From Camelus dromedarius (Eukaryota): 64,000 nt of DNA. Both the position numbers and the translations under genes were made by a program. Shown one piece after another: positions 54,543-64,000 of this stretch (positions are counted from its first letter, which is position 1; each line of letters begins with the position of its first letter). The DNA is taken from NCBI RefSeq assembly GCF_036321535.1, contig NC_087436.1, positions 30,506,001-30,570,000 of the forward strand. The letters run 5' to 3'. The notes beneath the pieces are model-generated. The model was given only the letters and a program-made list of their open reading frames with translations, was not told where the DNA came from and did not search any database.

Positions 54543-54663
54543 AAAATGTGTATTATTTTAAATAATAATTTAAATATTATTAAATATTTTAATTAATATT
54601 AATATTAATTATTATTAAAGTATTAATATTATTAAATAAATAATTTAAAATAATACACATTTT
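54543..54663. repeat. AT-rich palindrome
   Basis: 21-bp perfect inverted repeat (54543-54563 / 54643-54663) around an almost pure A/T spacer. Confidence 0.9.
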
Positions 54664-57116
54664 AAGTATCCAAATTATGTATATCTTAATATGTCATTTA
54701 CTGCATTAAAATCAATAAATTCTTATAAAATTAATTAAAATATTTATCTATAACACTCAGGTTTAGAAAATAACAAGAGAATTTTAATGAATAACAGTAA
54801 TTGTGACTTTCATAAATATCCAATTTTTAAAAAATCATAAATACAACCAAATGAAGTTAACAAAATTTTAACAGTGGAAAAAAAAAAGTTGAAATCACTG
54901 TTCGTATGGATATACACATACTCACTAGAGAATGGGCTCAACTTTTTCTTAAAATTCTCATAAACTTGGAGAGATAATAAAACAGTCATGGCTTTCAACC
55001 TTAGGATTACAGTTTCACTTCCAATCTTTCCATTCCAGTGGCTTTAAGCATAATGAAAAATTTAACAATTAATGGATCTCTAAAGCTCTTCTTCAATTGA
55101 AGGCATATGCTAATTACATCTCTGCTGGGGTAGAAGCAGGGGACATGTCCAGAGAAAAGACCGACATGAACTCAACAATGATGTGAACACCTATGAATAG
55201 CTCTTTCCACACAGAGCGCATGGTTTGCAAATGCTTGATATTAATAGTGATTTGCTCATAACAATGTTTACTTTCAATTCCAGGACTATGACTAAATTTT
55301 AAAGTATGTATTTCATGACTAAGAAGACAATTATTCCGTCAAGCTCACTATCCTGAGATATTTGATTAACAGGTTGAAGTTTTTATAACTATCTTAAACT
55401 GTTACTTAAATTACACTGTAAGTATTTTATTATCTTGACTCCTAATAATGCCAAATACATCTCCTATCTCAATTCTCTTTTTCTCTTAAGTTTTATCTGT
55501 CCTTTTGCTTTATTTCAAGCAGTAAGTCTATTAATTACTATGTGTAGAGTCCACAAATTGCTACTAGAAGTAACTATTGCTGCTAAAAAAAAAATCAGTG
55601 TTAGATATTTAAATATGAGTATTCAGACAGGCTATATATTGGCTCCAAATGGTATTTTATATAACTCTCTCTACTAATTATAAAAATAAATAAGTTACAT
55701 AAAATGATGATGACTGAACAATAGAATTAGCATCAGTAATATCAAATAAAGCTTAAATAATATTTCTCAATAATTTCTTAAAATTTTAATTGAGGACATT
55801 TAAAATTTCATTCCAGTTAATAAAGCTTTATGCAAGAATGAATAAAACAGTTTCCTTGAAAATTAAAAGGATGCAGTATTTCTGGTTTTGATATTTCTTG
55901 ATAAGTAATTTCAATCATTTAAAATTTTTAAACATATGTCAAATGGAGTACAATACCTAGTTAATAACATTGTGAATACCAACTCAAATCACATATGTCA
56001 TAGAATCACTGAGATAATTTATAATGTCAATAATCTTAGTTTAAGTATTATACATATCCCACAAGTCCTATTTAATTTTTAATGAAAATAATGTTAAATA
56101 TTCAATTAAAATGGTTGCCTCATTAAATATAATATTTAAATTATATGCTGGTCATTTTTAACCAGAATTCCCAAGTGCTTCTGATGCTGAGCAGGTATGA
56201 GCACATTTCCCCTAAAAGTGCAGTTCTAGGTACAAAAACTGACATACTTTTTAATATCCAAACCTCTGTAAATGTTCCTTTGCTGTTATTATACACACTG
56301 CTAATCAGAGTCCATTCACTTTATATAGTCACAATACACTACTGTCTTCCCACTGTACTCCCCTCAACCCTCAGAAACCCTGACATGGCCATCTGGCGAG
56401 ACTTCTGCTCAAACGACAACTGGGGATGCTATAGTTCCTAAAAGGCATGGGAAATAGCAACCATGGCAACTAGACACCATGATACAAAACTGAGGTTTTC
56501 ATGGACACAATGAAGACAACTTCCAGGCAGTCCAAGCCTTCCATAGTGCCCAATAATTAGCCCACATATTGCCAGACAATCAGCAGTATTGAGACTTGAC
56601 TTTACTGGTGTGGGACAGAAATTGTTTACAGTTTTAAAACCTTTAAAAACTTAAAAAAAAAAAAAACTACTTTATTTTCTCTAGTGCTTTATCATAGAGA
56701 GTATGTTAGCTTAGGTTTTTCCTGCCAGGCAATAAAATTTATACACAGTGCTCAATCTTTGGTTCCAGAGTTTTTAATTTTCTTTTTTAAAACACCCTAT
56801 GCATTCCCACATATGTTCTATTTGCTTAGACTGCCTTTTCCCAGTGCCACTCCATCTTATGAACTCCTATTCAACCTTCACATTTTGGATCACATACTTC
56901 TTTATCTGGGAAAATTTATATGATCTCTCTAGACAGTTTCTGTAGCCTTTATTATTCCTTTATAACAGTTGTTATATTTTACTCTTTACAACGGTGATGA
57001 GCCCCTGTGTTCTTCGTATCCCTTCATACCCTACCACGGTGCCTGGCACAGAGAAGATCCTAATCAATGTTGGCTAAATGAATATTGATTTAGGAATTAT
57101 TTATTTAGGAATTCCT

Positions 57117-57582
57117 GGAATATTATTCAGCCATAAAAATGACAACATAATGCCATTTGCAGCAAAATGGATGTCCCTGGAGAATGTCATTCTAAGTGAA
57201 GTAAGCCAGAAAGAGAAAGAAAAATACCATATGATATCACTCATATGTGGAATCTAAATTAAAAAAAAGGAAGACAAATGAACTTAAATATAAAATAGAA
57301 ACAGACTCACAGATATAGAATACAAACTTGTGGTTGCCAGCAGGGAGGGAGGTGGGAAGGGACAGACTGGGAATTCAAGATTTGTAGATACTGACAGGTA
57401 TATATAGAATAGATAAATAAATTTATACTGCATAGAACAGGGAAATATATTCAAGATCTTGCAATAGCTCACAGTTAAAAAAATGTGAAGATGAATATAT
57501 GAATATTCATGTATGACTGAAAAATTGTGTTGTACACATTGTAAACTGACTATAACTCAATAAAAATAAATAAATAAATAAA
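57117..57582 (+). mobile_element. 5'-truncated L1 3' end (same family as 23.9 kb and 31.6 kb copies)
   Basis: GGAATATTATTCAGCCATAAAAATGACAAC through the shared 3'UTR to a (TAAA)n tail; TSD TATTTAGGAATTCCT (57102-57116) / TATTCAGGATTTCCT (57583-57597). Confidence 0.93.
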
Positions 57583-58773
57583 TATTCAGGATTTCCTATG
57601 TGACAGTTACTGTTTTAGATCTTGTAAATAAAGTATTTAATCAAACAGTTTGTTTACATGTGTGTTTGTTCATTTTAACCTCTATGGGGGTCCTGTTCGA
57701 CCTGCTTATCCAGGAACCCTAGCATTTCAGTTTTGCAGGATGAGATTCCAGTGGTCCTTCTGTGTGTGAAGTTCTGAGGAGTTGCTTGGGATCTATAACT
57801 TCACAAGTTGGAACATATGATAAACTCTGGTCCTGAGATTGTGGAGTTAAATAGGAAAATATAACCTTTCTATTCTGAAGTACTCAACAAGAACAGAAAA
57901 GTGCCCTGGGAGAGGAAGTAAAAGCAAACACAGTCATGGTCAGCCCAGAGACCCTGGTTGACTGGTGAATTCTGCCAGGCAAAAGATTCTTCAGCACAGA
58001 GCAAATTTCTCCTAAAGCAAATATTATAAATTGAGAAACGATTCAAATAACTTACAGTGAAAGTAGAGGAAGAAAAAACTTACAGGGAACCTCAATATGT
58101 AAAGCAAGTCATAGAGGTGAAGTCTGATGGAAGCAGAGAGTAGAGGTAGCACCGCTCTAACACGTCTCCTCTCCGCTCACATCCTGAAAAATCCACCATG
58201 CCTGGGGTGGAGAATCACTATTGGAAAATTATGGTGTATGATTTGCATTTGTGTATGGACAGAAATAGAGCTGTTAAAAAGATTTTTGTTAAATGGTGAA
58301 AATGAGGACATTAGTTTTGATTGTGTTAAACTGTCTTATTGATAGACTATGCTTGTATTAACCAGGGAGACAACTTCTCTTAAATTTCTCAGCTTCTTCA
58401 ACTAAGAAAGGGTCTCCAATTCTGTCCTCATTTATCTCTCGATGTGCTTCCTTCCCTCTACCTCTCCTTCTACAGCTATAATTCAAATAGTGTCATTTCT
58501 CAAACTATAGAAAACAACCTTCTAACAGAGATCTGTATTTTCAATCTGATACCCTTGCAAAATCTCCACACGAGCTGCTCTCGACTAAGGCATAATGATA
58601 CTCCTGAATCAATGAGAGGTAAAGGTTAGGACAGAATCACTGTTACTTCCGTGTAGGAATTCAGAATGACTCAAAGATTATGCGGTGAAACTCATGCTGT
58701 ATTTCTCTTTAACATCCTTTAATTGCCTCTAATTTGCTACGTGATAAAATGCAAACATCTTTTCATGGACCAT

Positions 58774-59180
58774 TAGTCAAAATAGGCTAGGCTGTCTTGT
58801 TTTAAAAATTAACCCCAACTCTCAGTGGATTAACCAAATAAAATGTTCATTTTTCATTCATACAAATCTACCATGGGTCAGGTATATGCCTTCATCTGGA
58901 ACTGTACAATATGGTTTCTTGGTATCCTCCAAGGTTGCTATAGAAAGGGAACAAAGAGCATGAGCAAAGTACCCTTGTCCTAAACTGCTTAGACCCAGAA
59001 GTGACATTTTTATATCATCTTTATGTGACACATGTCACAAGTAACATATGTGCCTTTTATATCACTACTACATAAAACTATGAATTGACTCTAATCTCAG
59101 GTTCCTAGAAGAGGCTGGGAAATATATTCTTCTTATGTAGTTATAAAGAGTAAAATAAAATGAGATTGTTGATTGCATAG
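58774..59180 (-). mobile_element. MLT1K-like MaLR LTR
   Basis: TAGTCAAAATAGGCTAGGCTG...AACCCCAACTCTCAGTGGATTAAC...CCCAGAAGTGACA. Confidence 0.55.
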
Positions 59181-59697
59181 CATTTTCTCTTTCATTTCTG
59201 GCATCCAAAATCTTTCTTGATCTACCCTTTGTCTATTTTCCAGCTTCATATTCCTCCACTTCCTTTAACATTTTTTGTTCCAGCCATTAACAATGTACTC
59301 TCAAAGGCATCATGCCTTTCATGATTTTATGACCTAGAAAATGCCTGGCATGCCATCTTAACTACACTCTCTAGCTTCTCTGTTTTTCTACAAAAATCTT
59401 ACACATTTTTAAGATTAATTTTCCATTTTGTACCTTGCAGCTACTGAGTTAAAGAGACGTTATCTGAAAATTTATTTATGTTATGATGTGCTGAAGACAA
59501 GAAAGATTAATCAGCTTTAAAACATGAAAGAAAAGAAGGAAGGAAGAAGCGAAGGAACGAACGACAAATATACAGAAGGAAAAATATTAGATTCTGTGTC
59601 AAGCTAGAGAGGGAACAAGGGCATACATAGGAATTAGGAACTGCAGTCAAGAGCATAGGGAAAATAGGAAAAGAATAATTTGGAAAATAATTTAAAG

Positions 59698-61210
59698 TCA
59701 GTGTTCAACCAGAGAAAGTAGAACCAATAAGAAACGATAGATTTAGATAGAGATACAATTGTAGATGAGAAAGAGATTTATTACAGGACATTAGCTTATA
59801 CAGTTGTAGCTGGCTAAGCAAGCCCAAGGTTCACAGGCTGGCAGTCAGGAAGGAAGGATTCAAGAGAAAGGAAAACAACCGCAGGCCCAGCGGCAGCTTT
59901 ACACAGCTCATGGAAGTGAGTCAGCAGATTTGGAACAATGAAATGATTGTTGAGGTACCAGAATGTAAAAATATTTTACAATCTTTTTCCCTCTTAAGGA
60001 TTATGATCATCAACTACAATTCTGATCATCAATTCTCACATATGAGGAGTTTTCTCCACACATCTAAGCAATTCTTCCACACCAGCTTGGCGTCCTACAA
60101 TTTAACTCAATTCTGGCATTATCTATCTGGAGACAGCATCAGATCCCATATGGTAAGGGCTGAGTCTTACAAGACTGCCCTCCTACCCAACTTCAGCTGC
60201 CAACTGAAAGTCCAGGATATCACCTATTCTGCTGACCAAATGGTTACAGATTGGAAGATACAATGACTCCCTCCTTGGGTTCAATTAATTTGCTAGAGCA
60301 GCTCACAGAACTCAGAGAAACATATTACCTACAATACAACTAGTTTATTACAAGAGGATGTAACTCAATATTAGCTGGATGAAAGAGACACATAGGGCAA
60401 AGCATCGGGAAAGGTCACAGAGCTTTCATGTCCTCTCTAGGCATACCACTTTCCCCATATTGCCATGTGTTCACCAACCCGGATGCTCTCTGAACTCCCT
60501 CTTTTTAAGTATTTATGGAGACTTCATTACATAGGCATGATTGATTAAATCCTTGACCACTGGTGATTGATTTGAACTCCAATCCCTCTCCCTTTCCCAG
60601 ATTTCAGGGAGATGGAACTGAAAATTCTCCTAGTTCTTCTGACAACCAGCACCCATCATTAGGTGGGGTCCAAAGGTGACTCCATTAACATAACAAAAGA
60701 CACCTTCATAGCTCTCATCATAGGAAATTCCAAGGGTTTTAGGAGGTCTGTGCCACAAAGGGTGATGATGATAATATATATATATACACATACACATATA
60801 TATGTAATATATAATAATTATAAAATATATATAAAATTATTATAATATATATAAAATTTTAAAAATCACAGTATCACACCTCTGTTGCATGGAGTCTCTG
60901 CTTTTACTCCTTTTATAAAGGGCTTCCCTCTAAGAAAGCTTGCCCACCTAAGATAATCTCCCTTTAGAATAACTAAAATTAATTGATTTGGGGCTTACAT
61001 TACATCTGTAAAGTCCCTTCTCAGCAGCACCTAATGCATGAGTGACTAGTAGAAGGTATGTGTACGCTACAAAATTACTGCTGCTTCCTTCAGCCACTCA
61101 GCTCAGGAGAGAATCTTCCTAGTTGTGCACCCTAATTAGAAACATACTAGAAAGGGTATTTTGTGATTTGTAGTTCAGCCTACTCAGGTTGACAATCCAC
61201 AAAACAATCA
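59698..61210 (-). mobile_element. MLT2-type ERVL LTR split by a MER21-like LTR
   Basis: Left part CAACCAGAGAAAGTAGAACCAATAAGA...GAGATTTATTACAGG; right part GATAATCTCCCTTT...TTACATCTGTAAAGTCCCTTC...GTTGACA. Confidence 0.65.
59948..60878 (-). mobile_element. MER21-like LTR
   Basis: CCTACAATTTAACTCAATTCTG...GCATCAGATCCCA; TTGCTAGAGCAGCTCACAGAACTCAG; end ATCACAGTATCACA (minus strand TGTGATACTGTGAT). Confidence 0.85.
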
Positions 61211-61339
61211 ATCTAAATACGTGAATCTGCACATACTGGAATAAAAGTTCTCAGAATCATCCTTGTCACTACCTCAGGAAGAGTGAGGCATTCACTGCTT
61301 GGGAAACTCCTATTGGTTTGTACATAACATCGATTATTG

Positions 61340-61950
61340 TTGTACACCTTTGTTATGCTGTATAAAGTTCCTGCAAACACTGAAAGAGTGCATACTGAAC
61401 CACTGTGCTCGTAGAACAGAGGGTTAAGTTCCTACAGCCTCTGGTCTCAACATTTTCATAAACCAAAATTCTTTTGCATCATACATGTTCATTTGCTGTA
61501 CTGTTGTAAAATAAGCCAATCTCATCAGTGTTGAGAACTGCTTTTCCAAATAACCGTTCTTCTGTATGACACTTAGCAGGTTTGTTTTTTTTTAAATTCC
61601 TACAGCTTCTTGATCTCTAGAATCTGTCTTGATTTGCCTGAAAGTTTAACATTTCTCACCTGCATCATCTTCTGATATACGCAAGCCAGCACAAGCCAAG
61701 AAGAATTTGAAATTTTCCTGATTTTGGGTAATACCTCTGTAAATTTCTTTGGCTTTTTTTTTTAATGTCACAACAATGTTATTCATTATGCTAATTTTTC
61801 TCAGTTAGGACATCTTGATCCACAAATTTAGCCACTTTTCCATCTTTTCCATTGCTATATCATGCCCTGCATACCCTTTGTGGCCATGGGAGTAAGATAT
61901 CCACTTCATTGATGCTGAAGACCCATGTTAGGGAGAGGGACTGAGAGTTG
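61340..61950. mobile_element. Tigger-family DNA transposon fragments
   Basis: GTTATGCTGTATAAAGTTCCTGCAAACACTGAA...ATACTGAACCA...AGGGTTAAGTTCCTACAGCCTCTGGTC; the downstream part resembles decayed antisense transposase. Confidence 0.55.
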
Positions 61951-63426
61951 ACAGATGCGTTTTATGGTCCATGGATAGATAATACTGCAAATGGATACCA
62001 GGAAGGAGAATTTATTGAATCTCATAAGAAATGCTTTGTAGAGCATTTTCAGTGGGTGAGGGTTCTCATAACCACCTCCTTCAACAGAGGGGTAGTACAT
62101 ACATCCTGTATGGATTTTAGATAGGATGGGAGAGTGCTGAAATCTACAAATATTTATGTGACGAGGACTAGGAGATAAAGTTACATACTCTAACACTAAT
62201 TCAAAACTACATAGTATTTACTAAACATTAGTCAACAACTTATTCCTGTCTCAACATAATATTTTAAAAAGGTAGGTTGCTTAATAGTAATTTAGACAAT
62301 TGGGTCCAACACATTTTACGTGCAATAAAACAAGAGTAATGAAGAAATAAATGTAACTTCCTGCCTACCTCAACATAATTGTAGGGAAAAGTGACAATAC
62401 TAAAATCCAGGGACCAGGAACATTTTAAACACCCAATTCACTCAATTCTATTCACTGACACAATTGTCTATAGACTTTGCTCTCTAGACACACATACAAA
62501 TTACTTGCAGAAAGAGCTATTAAAGCTGAAGAAAATTGTTTTCTATACTTTCTGGGCAAAAAGAGGAAAACTGTGTGACTGGTATTCTGCACAGCCACAG
62601 GAAAATCTGTGTAGTGTTTTAAGCTATTATATAAAAATATGGTTATATTTACTTGCATAAGTGCTTATTTCCAAGTTTTTATTTAGAGTGAATATAACAC
62701 TTTGTAAATAGAGTTGATATTATTAAAAAACATACATATAATTTACGTTATGGTAATTGCTTTTCCACCTTCTTTCAGAATAGCATACATCTTTTTTAAG
62801 AAAGAGCAATTTGGATTTATTTTGAATATTTTTTCAATTATGAAAAAAATCGCCCACAATTTGAAGAAATATAGTAGGACTTACTCTTGAAGAAATACTT
62901 TAATGTGGCCACAGTAGGTTGTGGGCAGTTGAAAAGAACAGTAGTTAGTTGGCTAACAAAGGAAAGGACTAGAAGTGTCCTGAGTGTACAATTTCAGAGA
63001 TTCAGTACAACATAACTGTCCCCCAAATACTTCGGCACTAATATTTGCCCTACTATCTGAAATATCATTTATTAAAGTCATTGTTTTGGGCTAAAATATT
63101 GTTTTCAAGAAGTCTTGATTTTAAAATATGTAGTAATAGTAGCAGTAGTAGATAGCAATGACAACAAGAATGACAATACAATGATCTAGCAACTTGCTAA
63201 AGATAACAGCAAACAAATAGGATGTGAAATTTTGAACCCAGATTATGCATGTGTATGTGCGTGTGTGTATTTTTATAGAGAAAGAAAGTGAACGAGACAG
63301 AAAGAGAAACAGACGGAGGCAGGCTGCTTCTCATCCGGATCCCTCTCATTCTGAATTAGCTACTTTTTGCAGTGATGGGCACATTGTTTAAAAGAGTTTT
63401 AGGCCACAGGCATAAAAAAGTCTTAC

Positions 63427-63503
63427 TTCTAGTAGTTCTTCAGCAAATTGTCTTACAATTGTTCCTTCTTATTTATTCATTTCTTCTCCTATATTTACTT
63501 GTC
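63427..63503 (-). other. Weak candidate exon (77 nt) on the minus strand
   Basis: Acceptor tctcatcttctgtttctgtgtaag| and donor |gtaagac; best frame QVNIGEEMNK*EGTIVRQFAEELLE ends in phase 0 with one stop. Confidence 0.3.
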
Positions 63504-64000
63504 CTTACACAGAAACAGAAGATGAGATCCAGAACAAGTAAAGCACTTGACAGCAGTAGAGCAGGACTTAAGGTGGCCTTCACAGAGTAGTAAGTGCTAT
63601 TGCAAACTTTTCTCTAGCTATCCAGAAAAATGCTGATGTCGCATTGAGTAAATACATAATTGTATCAATTAATCAATGTAATCTGAGGTGTGCATGTGTT
63701 TAGTGTCAAAACAAAAATTAAAAAAAAAACTATCACCAATTTAGATGTGTCCAAAATAACTTCCAAAAAATGTAAACTGTAATTAAATGATTTACTAACA
63801 AGATTAATACATTTTGTCAAGCAATGCCTTTACTACATGCTTTACTATTTTAATCCATTGTTCTATTTTACCATAAATTTAAAAAGTATGATTTAAGAAA
63901 CTGTATTTGTTTTCTCAGCAGTATTTCAAATAATTAATTACTTCAGTTGTATTTGTTTTGAGAGTGAAATCTACTACCCAATATAGCCTTTATGTCATTC

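Noticed and set aside
63513..63589. Plus-strand exon-like segment (…ccttacacag|AAACAGAAG…GAGTA|gtaagt)
   Set aside because: No recognisable product and no partner plus-strand exons found; its pyrimidine tract is the complement of the minus-strand candidate. Cannot be excluded without RNA data.

Overview
AT-rich, CpG-depleted mammalian genomic DNA, most likely camelid: it carries a Vic-1-like tRNA-derived SINE and a Tigger1a_Art-sized element, and I saw no Alu, B1 or BovB. The window is intronic or intergenic and dominated by decayed transposable elements. These include the 3' part of a class III (ERVL/HERV-S-like) provirus that retains an env remnant (1-2472), several solo LTRs, a decayed MER67/MER4-group ERV1 (about 50.3-54.5 kb), three related young L1 3' ends with TSDs (one a clean twin-priming inversion), and old L1M/L2/MIR/Tigger/Charlie fragments. 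No intact protein-coding gene is evident, and nearly all listed ORFs are chance or TE-derived. The main non-repeat signal is a set of minus-strand exon-like segments (63427-63503, 32996-33085, 21989-22054) that splice in phase and may belong to an unidentified large-intron gene or unitary pseudogene. There is also a CpG-retaining enhancer/CTCF-like patch at about 29.9 kb. Repeat family names come from recalled consensus similarity, not a database search. I found no prokaryotic-type system (CRISPR, operon).
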